Positions 20,979 to 31,481 of a DNA stretch of 64,000 bases are shown in pieces. Position 1 is the stretch's first letter. Every line of letters begins with the position of its first letter. Made by a program: the position numbers and the translations under genes. Where the stretch lies: positions 1-64,000 of the IMG/VR virus record IMGVR_UViG_3300008448_000009; one strand, written 5' to 3'. Source of the stretch: a virus. Under the pieces are notes generated by a model that saw nothing but the letters and a program-made list of their open reading frames with translations, did not search any database and was not told the origin of the DNA.

Positions 20979-23108
20979 TTAAGTAATTGTAATTGTTCTT
21001 GTGACTCCACTTATTCTTATTTTTAATCCAGTTAAATCGTTTGATTCTAACCAAACGTCACCGTCGTTAGGTGCAGATGGTGCTGGACCAACAGTAAGTC
21101 TCATAAGAGCTTGAGCTGTTGTTGATGCTGCTATGTGTAAATTAGCTGTTGGTGTTTCAACACCAATACCAATTCTACCACCAGTGTTTGCACTAAATGT
21201 TGGTGTACCAGCAGTTATAGCATATGTTCCAGTACCAAACAACACACCACCTAAGTTTAAGCTGTTTGTTGTCCCAGCTGACAATGTTATGTTTGTACCA
21301 ATTATAATGTTGTTTGAACCAATAGTATTTGCTGCAAAACCTGCATTAGCAACATTATAACCAATCAATGTAGAAAAACTAGCACCTGATGCAATATTAC
21401 CAGCAAAACGCCCTAAAAAATTTGAGTTATTAGCGTTGGTTGCTTGATTACCAGTTTGTTGACCAAAGAAGTTTGAATTAAAAGCATTGGTAGCGGTATT
21501 ACCAGCTGAATTACCAATAAAGTTTGAATTACTTGCATTGGTTGCATTATTACCAGCATTACCACCAAAAAATTTTGATTGGGTTGCGTTAGTTGCACCA
21601 TTACCAGCAAGAGCACCAATAAAAATTGACCTAGTTGCACCCGTTGCGTTAATACCAGCTTGAAAACCAAAGAAAACCCCTAGAGTACTACTAAAATTAT
21701 TGGTTGCTGGGCTTGTTGAATATAATGAAGTACCAGAAGTTGCTATAGAACCTGAACCTGATGGCAAATTAAGATAAGTTGTTGCAGATATTGTTGTTGC
21801 TGATAACCCACCTTGCAACCTTGTATTACCAACTACATGCAACGTTTCTTGAGGTGTTACAACACCAATACCTATTCTACCATTTGCTTGTGGTGTTGTG
21901 CTCGGATTACCACCAGTTGTACTATATGTGTTAACCCCATATAATACATTACCTATATTTAAACTGTTTGTTGTACCAGCTGATAATGTTATGTTGGTCC
22001 CAATTATAATGTTATTTGAACCAATAGAATTTGTGTCAAATAGTGTGTTAGCAACATTATAACCAATCAACGTTGAATAACTAGCACCAGACGCATTATC
22101 ACCAGCTCTATCACCAAAAAAGTTTGAATAATTAGCATCTTTTGCGAAATTACCAGCTCGAAAACCAAAAAAGTTTGAGCCAGTGGCACCTGTTGCCAAA
22201 TAACCAGCAAATTTACCAAAAAAGTTTGATTGACTAGCATTGGTTGCTAGATAACCAGCTGAAATACCAATAAAGTTTGATTCAGATGCATTGGTTGCTA
22301 GATAACCAGCTAAATTACCAATAAAGTTTGATTCAGATGCATTGGTTGCTAGATAACCAGCCTCAGTGCCAATAAAGTTTGAAACCAAAGCATTCGTTGC
22401 ACCTATACCAGCTTGATAACCTAAAAAGTTTGAGGCATAAGCGTTGGTTGCCCCTTTACCAGCTGAATTACCAATAAAGTTTGAGTTAAAAGCACTAGTT
22501 GCACCAGAACCAGCACTAGACCCCATAAAGTTTGAATTATTAGCTAATGTTGCACTTCTACCAGCTTGAGGACCAAAAAAGTTTGAATTATTTGCACTAG
22601 TTGCTTCATAACCAGCACCATCACCAAAAAAGTTTGAAAATTGTGCGTTTGTTGCTTGGCTACCAGAATTTTGCCCTAGAAAGTTTGAGTTAGTTGCACT
22701 ACTCGCACTATAACCAGCATTTTGACCTAAGAAATTTGAATTATCTGCACCAGTTGCATTATTACCAGCACTAAAACCAATAAAGTTTGAATTAGAAGCA
22801 CTTGTTGCATTTAAACCAGCATTCTGACCTAAGAAGATACTATTAGAATCACTAAAATTTTCAGTAGCTGGGTCATTAGAATATAGTGTTGTTCCTGATA
22901 CTGATATTGGTGATGAACCACCACCTGTTGTGATACCAGTAACACTAAATGTTCCACCAGTTGTGTTTGTAAAAACTAGAACTTCATTAGAATAAACACC
23001 ACTGTTTACATATACATCTGGTGGTAAATTAATTGAACTAATTTTACCTGTGCTATCTAAACCAGCATAACCACCATTTTTATCTTTATTTAATTTGCTT
23101 TCAAACAT
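20979..23108 (-). CDS. Tail fibre/adhesin with 17-aa SNFxGxxAGxxATNA repeats in two modules
   Basis: Repeats visible in both protein and DNA. GRIGIGV.TP motifs close each module. Confidence 0.8.
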   Translation of the reverse strand: MFESKLNKDKNGGYAGLDSTGKISSINLPPDVYVNSGVYSNEVLVFTNTTGGTFSVTGITTGGGSSPISVSGTTLYSNDPATENFSDSNSIFLGQNAGLNATSASNSNFIGFSAGNNATGADNSNFLGQNAGYSASSATNSNFLGQNSGSQATNAQFSNFFGDGAGYEATSANNSNFFGPQAGRSATLANNSNFMGSSAGSGATSAFNSNFIGNSAGKGATNAYASNFLGYQAGIGATNALVSNFIGTEAGYLATNASESNFIGNLAGYLATNASESNFIGISAGYLATNASQSNFFGKFAGYLATGATGSNFFGFRAGNFAKDANYSNFFGDRAGDNASGASYSTLIGYNVANTLFDTNSIGSNNIIIGTNITLSAGTTNSLNIGNVLYGVNTYSTTGGNPSTTPQANGRIGIGVVTPQETLHVVGNTRLQGGLSATTISATTYLNLPSGSGSIATSGTSLYSTSPATNNFSSTLGVFFGFQAGINATGATRSIFIGALAGNGATNATQSKFFGGNAGNNATNASNSNFIGNSAGNTATNAFNSNFFGQQTGNQATNANNSNFLGRFAGNIASGASFSTLIGYNVANAGFAANTIGSNNIIIGTNITLSAGTTNSLNLGGVLFGTGTYAITAGTPTFSANTGGRIGIGVETPTANLHIAASTTAQALMRLTVGPAPSAPNDGDVWLESNDLTGLKIRISGVTRTITIT
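22237..22382. repeat. ~3 near-perfect 51-bp tandem repeats
   Basis: gcattggttgctagataaccagc...ccaataaagtttga unit repeated, encoding AGYLATNASESNFIG. Confidence 0.85.
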
Positions 23109-23156
23109 TTAATTTGGTTTATTTTTAAGAAATTTATTTCTTTTTTTTTTTTATTA

Positions 23157-23810
23157 TTAGTTATATACTCTTATTTCTATACAAATAGGGTTATATATAA
23201 CACTATCTGCAAGGGTATCAACATCCTCTAAGGTTCTTAAAACAATACTTGATGTATCGTCTTTAATTAACAAATACCCTCTCTGAACATTAAACCCTGT
23301 CCCATCAGCATTTATTAACCTATTAAAAACAGAAATATTTGCAAGACTTGCCCCATTTATAAATGTTTTATTATCAATAAATAAATTATCAGAATTTAAA
23401 ATATATTTTCCTGTGCTAGCATAAACCCACCAAATATTACCAATAGTGTTTTCTAACACTGTTACTACTGGAGCTCCTGTGTTGTATCTTAACTCCCCTG
23501 ATGTGCCCCAACTATTAGGTGTTGTACCTGTTGCAACAAAAAAAGTTCCTTGATTATTGTTAGGAGCACCTACATTTGTAAAATCTGCATTACTAACAAT
23601 ATCGCTTCTTATCTCATATGTAACCCCAATAATTAAATCTCCTGAAGTAATAACTTGCAAGTCATCTCCACCACTCTGTGTTAATAGAGCTGTGTACACT
23701 TTATATGGTCTTGTATTTGTGGTACCTGTAATAACAACATTACCGTTGATTGTTAAATCACCAGTTATAGTTTGTCCTGATACGTTGTTTACTATGTATT
23801 TTGTGCTCAT
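23157..23810 (-). CDS. Virion/fibre-associated protein
   Basis: ORF within the fibre cluster carrying a YKVYTALLTQ...APVVTVLENTIG domain. Start probably at ATG 23810. Confidence 0.6.
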   Translation of the reverse strand: MSTKYIVNNVSGQTITGDLTINGNVVITGTTNTRPYKVYTALLTQSGGDDLQVITSGDLIIGVTYEIRSDIVSNADFTNVGAPNNNQGTFFVATGTTPNSWGTSGELRYNTGAPVVTVLENTIGNIWWVYASTGKYILNSDNLFIDNKTFINGASLANISVFNRLINADGTGFNVQRGYLLIKDDTSSIVLRTLEDVDTLADSVIYNPICIEIRVYN

Positions 23811-23811
23811 A

Positions 23812-26607
23812 TTATACATTTATATCGGTTATTGTTAAGATATCGTTTCCATCATAGAACGATAATCTTTTATCACCACCTTGTCTTTCAAAAATTTGAC
23901 ATGTGTATGGTTCGTATACTGATGGGTTAGGTGCAACACCAGTTACTGTGATAACAACATTATCATCAGGGGTATCACCACCAATATCAGTTCCTAATAT
24001 TGTTATTGTATCATTAACAACATATAATATACCTTCAGTATTTCCAGTAACACCTATTACAGCACCACTAGATACTTCAACATCAAAAACGGCATTAACG
24101 CCATTACCGTTGGTTGTACCACCTACTGTGTATATGTTATCGGTAGCACTAGTTCCAGTTGCTGTGTATGTAAACCCAGTTATATTTCCATAGTTTGGAG
24201 TAAAATCTTCAAACTCAACATTTGTATTTACAATATTCCATCGAAAATAATCTCCGATTGTGTTGTTAGTGAAGTTGTCAGAAATAGTGTTATCATAAAA
24301 ATATTCACCTATATTGTTACTATTAAAATAATTTCCAATTTTGTTGCCTCGGTAGTTACTACCACCAAAACCAAACCCATCAAGTATATTATTAAATTCA
24401 AATGACGACCCAATTACATTACTTCTAAAGTCATTTGTAATGTTATTATTTCTAAAATCATTTTTAATTTGATTATCTTTAAAATCGTTACCTATATTAT
24501 TATTTTGGTAATAATTACCAATTTTATTATTCACAAAATTGACACCATTATCTAGTTGTGTATAAATTGAGTTCCATTCGGTATCCTGAGGTGAAACACC
24601 ACTATTCCAAGACCCTTCTGTTGCAATATTATAAATACCCTCTGAACTATTTCTAGTTATTTCAACAACACCTTCAACAATAATATCAAATTCAGAACCA
24701 TTATTTGTTTTGTTAAAAATAATTAAATTACCTATAGGATTACCGTTAGAATCAATTTCCTGTCTTTCGTATTGGAACCCACTTCCACCTCCATCTGTCC
24801 ATTGAGTAAATTTAATTTTAAAGTATTGTGATGTTGAAATTATTTTCATCACTAATTCTTTACCCAATAGTCTATTGTTAAAATTACCCTGAACAGAGTC
24901 ATAAAAAAGCCCGTAATTTCTTGTTGACACTGTTGATAAATCATTCCAACCAAATAAAGTATAATTGGAAGGATTATTATTTTGAAAATACGAACCTACA
25001 TTGTTTTCATAAAATTCATTACTAATTATGTTATTGTAAAAATAATAATCTGTGCTATTAGAATAAAAACTATCATATATGGTGTTTTCATTGAACCCAT
25101 TACCAATATTATTTAGACCAAAATAATCACCAGTTTTATTATTATTAAAACCATTCAATATTGTATTACCAATAAAATCACCATTTATGGTATTATCTTG
25201 GAAATTAGTACCTATTTGATTATTTTGGAAATCTTTTCTTATAATATTACTATTAAAATTATTACGAATATAATTTCTGCGAAATTCATTATCAGTTAAG
25301 TTACCAAAATCACCAATTACATTACCGTTAAAATTATCTAATATCTCATTTTTATAAAATCTAGAATAAATAATATTATTATTAAAACCGTTACCAATTA
25401 TGTTATCCTCAAAAGCATCATTATTTTCAGCTAATAGTTGGTTATTGTTAAAATAGTTACCAATATGATTTGAAACTAAATTATCATTTATTAGGTTATC
25501 ATGAAAATAATGTCCAATGATATTATCGTCAATATCATTTGTTGATACGTTTTGATAACACCAATCTCCCCAAATATTATTTTCATTATCAGTACCAAAA
25601 GTATTGTTATAACAATAATCACCAAATTTGTTACTTGAATATTGACCCTGTAAAAACACATTGTTGGCTAATAAGAACGTAAAACCATTATTTGTATAGT
25701 TGTTGGCAAAATTACCTACGTAATTGTTTTTAGCGTACTCCTGACTTATTGCATTACCAAATGTAGTATACTCAATAAAATCATTTGTTTTGACATTTGT
25801 TCTTTTATAACTGAAATATCCATTAATATCGTTTGTCTCTTCAACAGTTAAATAAAACGGTGAACCTGGACCAGTAGTACCTATAGTATCACCAGAAACC
25901 GTCATAGTTGTATTATCAGATATACTAACAATTTCATAATAACTAGGAAAAGCATTCGATATCTTGATAACATCACCAACATCTAACGCAGTAAAAGATG
26001 TGTTTGTACCATTGACAGTACCATCGTTTAATAACTCTACAGTACCATTTAATCGTAGTCCTTCTCTATTGGTAAATAAACGATATCTTTTAAATAAAAT
26101 TGTTCTGTGGTCGTAATCTGTTCTGTTATTGAACTCATCAATTCTTTCAGTTATTCTACCAAATGCTGGTGAATTTGTAACTTCAGTTTCATTAAAAGTC
26201 CAATCATATTGGATTCTATCATTAGGGTATAATGGTTGAAAAGCGTTAGTTGAAATTGTTGATATACTAGTAGCAAAAACCATAATAGGTTCAATAGCCG
26301 CTTGCTTAGTTGTACCTGTAGTTATAGATTGACCCTCAATATCAAAATCTGGTTGGTCGTAACATGTTCTAAAATCTGTTATCAGATAAAAAGAACCAGC
26401 TGTTAAGCCACTAGTTGTTATTGTGTTAACTAACCCACTATAAGTGGTTTCATTATAACCACCACCGCCACCACCACCGTATACTTCACCAGCGGAATCT
26501 TTTACTTTTAAATTATTATCTGTTTGGTCCACAAAAATATTAAAATTACCAACTGAAGGTGTATTTAATGAATTTGGGTCTTGTGATTGAAATTGAATGT
26601 ATTGCAT
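23812..26607 (-). CDS. Tail fibre/spike with Asn-rich 9-10 aa beta-helix repeats
   Basis: Many NxIGNxFxxN repeats. N-terminal TYSGLV...SGLTAGSFYLITDF motif. Confidence 0.7.
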   Translation of the reverse strand: MQYIQFQSQDPNSLNTPSVGNFNIFVDQTDNNLKVKDSAGEVYGGGGGGGYNETTYSGLVNTITTSGLTAGSFYLITDFRTCYDQPDFDIEGQSITTGTTKQAAIEPIMVFATSISTISTNAFQPLYPNDRIQYDWTFNETEVTNSPAFGRITERIDEFNNRTDYDHRTILFKRYRLFTNREGLRLNGTVELLNDGTVNGTNTSFTALDVGDVIKISNAFPSYYEIVSISDNTTMTVSGDTIGTTGPGSPFYLTVEETNDINGYFSYKRTNVKTNDFIEYTTFGNAISQEYAKNNYVGNFANNYTNNGFTFLLANNVFLQGQYSSNKFGDYCYNNTFGTDNENNIWGDWCYQNVSTNDIDDNIIGHYFHDNLINDNLVSNHIGNYFNNNQLLAENNDAFEDNIIGNGFNNNIIYSRFYKNEILDNFNGNVIGDFGNLTDNEFRRNYIRNNFNSNIIRKDFQNNQIGTNFQDNTINGDFIGNTILNGFNNNKTGDYFGLNNIGNGFNENTIYDSFYSNSTDYYFYNNIISNEFYENNVGSYFQNNNPSNYTLFGWNDLSTVSTRNYGLFYDSVQGNFNNRLLGKELVMKIISTSQYFKIKFTQWTDGGGSGFQYERQEIDSNGNPIGNLIIFNKTNNGSEFDIIVEGVVEITRNSSEGIYNIATEGSWNSGVSPQDTEWNSIYTQLDNGVNFVNNKIGNYYQNNNIGNDFKDNQIKNDFRNNNITNDFRSNVIGSSFEFNNILDGFGFGGSNYRGNKIGNYFNSNNIGEYFYDNTISDNFTNNTIGDYFRWNIVNTNVEFEDFTPNYGNITGFTYTATGTSATDNIYTVGGTTNGNGVNAVFDVEVSSGAVIGVTGNTEGILYVVNDTITILGTDIGGDTPDDNVVITVTGVAPNPSVYEPYTCQIFERQGGDKRLSFYDGNDILTITDINV

Positions 26608-26611
26608 AGTT

Positions 26612-27244
26612 TTAAATTATTATCCCCGTTCCTGTTATTGTTGTATTTCCAGACAATATTAAACCACCCGAAATGCTTATAATACCGTCATTATTTATTG
26701 TTGTGTCATTAAAAAACGTGTTACCACCTATATATAGTTCACCCTTTTCTTCAAAAAGAATATTACCAATACTTATGGAATCCCCACCATCTAATATGTT
26801 TAATTCAGAATCTTGTAACACATAGTTACCAGAGACTAATATTGTTTCCTCACCAGAAATTTCCACTGTTCCACCAGTTTTCCATTTTTTTGTATTTCCG
26901 TTAGGAATACCAGTTACGTTAAACGTACCACCCGTATTATTTGTGAACGTTACGGTTTCAGCAGAAGATGAATATGTTCCACCAGTAACTCTAATATCTA
27001 TCGGTAAGTTTTGATATGTTGTTGCTGATATTGTATTAGCTGTAAGACCATTTGTAAACCTAGTTGCTCCAGAAACTGTACCACCAGTAAAAATTGGGTT
27101 TACAGTATCGATATATGGTGCAATAAAAGCGGTTAACCCAGTTAAGCTTAACTGTTTAGTAATACCATCATTAACAACAGGAAACACATCCAAAAGTGTT
27201 GGATTATTGTTTATTGTTAATTGGGTTATCTTTTTATTAGGCAT
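26612..27244 (-). CDS. Short fibre-type virion protein
   Basis: N-terminal KKITQL. Shares TANTISATTYQNLP and FTNNTGGTFNVTG modules with 3244..6837. Confidence 0.65.
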   Translation of the reverse strand: MPNKKITQLTINNNPTLLDVFPVVNDGITKQLSLTGLTAFIAPYIDTVNPIFTGGTVSGATRFTNGLTANTISATTYQNLPIDIRVTGGTYSSSAETVTFTNNTGGTFNVTGIPNGNTKKWKTGGTVEISGEETILVSGNYVLQDSELNILDGGDSISIGNILFEEKGELYIGGNTFFNDTTINNDGIISISGGLILSGNTTITGTGIII

Positions 27245-27313
27245 TTTGTTTTTGTTTTATTATAAATATTATATTTAAAGTTAAAAAATGGTTTAATCGA
27301 ATAATTTTTATAA

Positions 27314-29185
27314 TTAATTCCATAACAAACCATAACCATCCTCTTGTAACAAATAATCACCATCCTCTTGTAACAATAAATTGGTATCTAAAGGTCTATA
27401 TGTTGGTATTCCATCATTAAAGTTCTGTATAATGTTGCAATATTTTAACTCACAAATGTTAAACTTGAATTGTGAAATCGAACCAATAAAACTACCAGCA
27501 AAATTTGTTTCTATTGGCAGATTTCTATCGTTAGGGTCCAATCCATCAAATGTCTGACTTTCCAATAACCCTTGGGTACCACCACCTAAACTAAAGTTAA
27601 ACGGCACACCAACTTGTTTTGATTTATGTTCATCAAGTCTTCTAGCTATAAATTCGCTAAAATTGTCAAAAACTTGTTTAAGTTTACCATTAACATAAAC
27701 CATAAGTTTTCCTTTTCTTTTGTAAGCAGTCGTTAAATCACATTCTGATTTGTAATCAGTTACAAATTTAAGCACAATATAAGACCATACGTCTGTTTCA
27801 ACAGCTCCTGAAGGTGAATATCTTTCTTCTATAGTAACACCAGTAGCGTTAATTCTTTCACCGTTGATAGTTTCACATTTGCCAGTTACTGTTAATAATC
27901 TATAACCTATACTACCATCGTCTTTTATTCTAAAACCTATCGCATTATCTATTATGTCTAAATTATAATCAATGGTTTCTAACGGTGCTGTTCTACCACT
28001 AAACGAACATACTGTCTGATTACCTAACCCATCACCTGAACCAGAACATCTAGCACATCTACATCTACCAGGCTCCGCTTTACCATATATTAAAAATGGG
28101 TTTTGTTCATTTGTTAAACTTTTTCTAACTCTTCTTACAGCTATACCATCACCACTATAACTACATACAGTTTGACTACCCAAACCATCATTAGGTCCAC
28201 CACAACCTCTACAACCACAATTTAATGGGTTAACAGTTGTGCCAGTAGGTTCATCAATAACAACCAACCCAGTCTCACCAGTATACCTAGGTCCGTTATG
28301 TCCGTGACCTCTACCATATATCAAAAAATTATTGGTGATTACATCAATTTCTACCTGTGGTGGTGACAAAGGAATACCTATCTCATAATCACCTACCAAA
28401 GTAATATCTGTTTCTTTTGGTATTGTACACCATTCACTAACAGTTTCACCACTTGTACACGCGCTTGACGTACAATCACTAGTACACCCAGTGTCAGCCC
28501 CATAAAATTGATTCCAGAACTTGTTTTCTGCTCTGGTACCCATGTAGAAAAACATACCTTTATTATTAGGGTATAAATCGTTCAATGTTGTGCCAGTAGT
28601 AACTTCGTTAAATTCAGGTTTAATCCAAAATTCAGTACTCCACGAATTTTCAACCCTAGTAGGTAATAGTTCATATGTTGTCCCGTCTAATTTATAATAA
28701 CCTTGATAAAAACCACCTAAAAATTTAGCATAACTTCCACTTATAATATCTAGACCATAATCTATATCATAGTTTAAGTTGCTAGTTGTACCAGTAACTC
28801 TATTCATCACCAACCTAGTATCACCAGATGGTATAACCAACACAGATTCTGTCAAAGCTGACAACAACGCTTGATTTGTTGTGTCACCAGAAGTTTTATC
28901 AAAAGTAATCAAACCGTTATCAATACCCGTTAAACCAATAGTATTTAAAGTATAACCAGTATTGGTTGCTCCAGTCCACGAATAAAGACTGTAAATTGTA
29001 TCTTTGTCTCCGTTATTATAAATGTTTGAATTATTAAAATCATACCAAACAACAGAACAACTACCACTCAACAAAGCATCACAGTTACCACCACGGTCAT
29101 CGTTGGCCAAATAGAAATCCCAATAATCGCTTTTGGATAGTTTTAAGTCTAAATTGTTAAAGTTAAAATTTTTTATATTTCCCAT
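27314..29185 (-). CDS. Concanavalin A/LamG-like virion protein with Cys-rich inserts
   Basis: WSTEFWIKP, LMVYVNGKL and FIGSISQFKF are LamG-like elements. C-terminal LLQEDG duplicated. Confidence 0.6.
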   Translation of the reverse strand: MGNIKNFNFNNLDLKLSKSDYWDFYLANDDRGGNCDALLSGSCSVVWYDFNNSNIYNNGDKDTIYSLYSWTGATNTGYTLNTIGLTGIDNGLITFDKTSGDTTNQALLSALTESVLVIPSGDTRLVMNRVTGTTSNLNYDIDYGLDIISGSYAKFLGGFYQGYYKLDGTTYELLPTRVENSWSTEFWIKPEFNEVTTGTTLNDLYPNNKGMFFYMGTRAENKFWNQFYGADTGCTSDCTSSACTSGETVSEWCTIPKETDITLVGDYEIGIPLSPPQVEIDVITNNFLIYGRGHGHNGPRYTGETGLVVIDEPTGTTVNPLNCGCRGCGGPNDGLGSQTVCSYSGDGIAVRRVRKSLTNEQNPFLIYGKAEPGRCRCARCSGSGDGLGNQTVCSFSGRTAPLETIDYNLDIIDNAIGFRIKDDGSIGYRLLTVTGKCETINGERINATGVTIEERYSPSGAVETDVWSYIVLKFVTDYKSECDLTTAYKRKGKLMVYVNGKLKQVFDNFSEFIARRLDEHKSKQVGVPFNFSLGGGTQGLLESQTFDGLDPNDRNLPIETNFAGSFIGSISQFKFNICELKYCNIIQNFNDGIPTYRPLDTNLLLQEDGDYLLQEDGYGLLWN

Positions 29186-30909
29186 TAGTATCTAACCATT
29201 AATTGTCCTGTTGATGTTCTATAAACGGTACCAACTTCTAAACCACCAGAGGTTGCCGCTGCGTTATCAGCATATACAGCAAGGGTTTTTATATTTAATC
29301 TATCAACATATGTTGTATCGGGTACTGAACCATTTATGTTATCACCTAATACAATCGTGCTTTCAGTAAATGCTGTTGAAAAATTACCATGAACAAATGA
29401 ATAATCTCCAAACGCAACAGAAGAATTACCACCAACATGACTATCTCTTCCTCTAGCAGTATTATACTCACCTTCAGCATGACTTGCTAAACCAATAGTT
29501 ACATTACTAGCACCTTCAGCGTGACTAGATTGACCATAAGCTCTTGTTCCAGCACCTTCAGCGTGGGCTGTATAACCAGTAGCACGTGTATTAAAACCTT
29601 CAGCATGACTATAATTACCAATTGCTGTTGTTTCACCACCTTCAGCATGACTTCCACCACCTAAAGCAACACCACCTAAAACACCTAAAGCTTGAGAACC
29701 ACCTTCAGCATGACTACCTTCACCATCAGCTGTTGAGTAGTAACCTTCAGCGTGTGAATAATCACCACTAGCTGTTGTTTGTCGACCTTCAGCGTGACTC
29801 GCTTTGCCACTAGCAGTACCACCAGAAACCAATAAAGAATACACACCACCCTCAGCGTGTGACCCTTCACCACTAGCTAATGATTTATAACCTTCAGCAT
29901 GACTACCATAATCACCACTAGCTATTGTGTAATTACCTTCAGCGTGACTATTAATCCCACTAGCCGTTGTCCAACCACCTTCAGCATGGCTACCTTGATT
30001 ACTAGCTGTTGTAGCGCCACCTTCAGCATGACTTCCAGTTCCGCTAGCTAATGTATTGGCACCTTCAGCGTGTGAATAATCGCCAATTGCTTGTGAATTA
30101 CTACCTTCAGCATGGCTAATATATCCACTAGCTGTGGTAAAAGCACCTTCAACATGACTATTGTTACCAGAAGCTAATGCGTTATATCCAGATGCTACAG
30201 AATAATTTCCAGAAGCTATTGAATTGTAATTCTTAGCGGCTATAGAGTATGTGCCAGTACCAGAAGACCATAATATTGAACCGCCACTTATTGTAACACC
30301 AGTAACAGCTTCCCATTTAGCCATACCTTCACTAGTGTAACATGTCAATACGTAACCAATTTGAGGTGCGTTAGTAACTATAAGTCTTTCAGTTCTAGTA
30401 ATACCAGAAACATCTACCCATATTGTTCTACCAGTGTAGTCTAAACTAGTAGCTGAATAAGTTGTCAAATCCAAAGTTTCAACGGTACCGCTATAATTAC
30501 CACCACCTAAATCATAGAAAGCTATAGGTGTTATATCAAAAGTAACTCCAGTATAAAACAATCCAACGGTGTTTCCGTCAATAACAGTGGTTGTTTCAGC
30601 CGAAAAAACTGGTTCTTCAATAAGTTGAGTAGTTGCGGATAAAGATGGTGTTATCGCTGAAAGATAAGGTTCACCAATAGCCATTATTGGGTCATACCAA
30701 TTATAAATAGTTGTTGTACCGTTGCCTGAAAATGTACTAGCTAGCGTTGTGTATGTTTCTGTGTCTCCGCTAGTTTCCAAATTTGGGCCACTAGTCAACG
30801 CACTGAATGTTAACCCAAATGATGTACCACCAGATAAAATTGTGTGAGATTTCTCAAATTGCTTTATTTGTCTATTGTCTGAATAATCTAATTTTGTTCT
30901 AAAAGCCAT
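29185..30909 (-). CDS. Second SHAEG-repeat tail fibre/adhesin
   Basis: SHAEG repeats. C-terminal YADNAAATSGGLEVGTVYRTSTG. Confidence 0.8.
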   Translation of the reverse strand: MAFRTKLDYSDNRQIKQFEKSHTILSGGTSFGLTFSALTSGPNLETSGDTETYTTLASTFSGNGTTTIYNWYDPIMAIGEPYLSAITPSLSATTQLIEEPVFSAETTTVIDGNTVGLFYTGVTFDITPIAFYDLGGGNYSGTVETLDLTTYSATSLDYTGRTIWVDVSGITRTERLIVTNAPQIGYVLTCYTSEGMAKWEAVTGVTISGGSILWSSGTGTYSIAAKNYNSIASGNYSVASGYNALASGNNSHVEGAFTTASGYISHAEGSNSQAIGDYSHAEGANTLASGTGSHAEGGATTASNQGSHAEGGWTTASGINSHAEGNYTIASGDYGSHAEGYKSLASGEGSHAEGGVYSLLVSGGTASGKASHAEGRQTTASGDYSHAEGYYSTADGEGSHAEGGSQALGVLGGVALGGGSHAEGGETTAIGNYSHAEGFNTRATGYTAHAEGAGTRAYGQSSHAEGASNVTIGLASHAEGEYNTARGRDSHVGGNSSVAFGDYSFVHGNFSTAFTESTIVLGDNINGSVPDTTYVDRLNIKTLAVYADNAAATSGGLEVGTVYRTSTGQLMVRY

Positions 30910-30970
30910 ATTTTATAGTTTTATTATAAATATTCTAGGTTTTGAATATATTTATAATAAAACATAATTT

Positions 30971-31480
30971 ATGAATAGATTTATATCAAAAGAACGTTTA
31001 CAGGAATTAGTTGGTGGTGATATCACATCAAATGGTGGGGATTTTATCGCAACTAATGATAGTCAAATACAAACAGGGCCAGTTGAAAAACCATACAATG
31101 ATGATTCTGAATACGAAAAAGGTATGCCAACAACAACCGATAAAGTGTTTGGTCGTTATAGACAAAACATCCCATGGTTTGCTGTTTATAGCTTTGGTGG
31201 TTCAAACACTGGTGGTTTAGCGCTTAACTATGGTTCAATTAGTAAAGTAAATGTTAATGAAAACACCACAATTATTAAAAAGAAAACAGTGGAAGAAAAA
31301 ATAGATGATTTGGTTAAAAGAAGCAAAACTTCAGATGTTACCGATAAAAATTATAACCCAAAAGTTGCTAGATTGATTGACACCATTAACGATGTTGATT
31401 TATCCGACGCTCAATTAGAAGAATTGTCAAAAGCAATATTAGATAAAAAGAACAACATCAAACCAATTAAAAACCTATAA
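30971..31480 (+). CDS. Hypothetical late protein
   Basis: First gene after the ATATTTATA motif at 30948..30956. Confidence 0.65.
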   Translation: MNRFISKERLQELVGGDITSNGGDFIATNDSQIQTGPVEKPYNDDSEYEKGMPTTTDKVFGRYRQNIPWFAVYSFGGSNTGGLALNYGSISKVNVNENTTIIKKKTVEEKIDDLVKRSKTSDVTDKNYNPKVARLIDTINDVDLSDAQLEELSKAILDKKNNIKPIKNL

Positions 31481-31481
31481 T

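Noticed and set aside
23139-23152. Long poly-T tract as a phase-variation site
   Set aside because: Intergenic A/T tracts before start codons are common throughout this AT-rich genome, and no reading frame is affected.
17336-29652. Diversity-generating retroelement template/variable repeat pair
   Set aside because: Mismatches are mixed and mostly synonymous rather than adenine-specific, both copies are coding, and there is no reverse transcriptase in the window.
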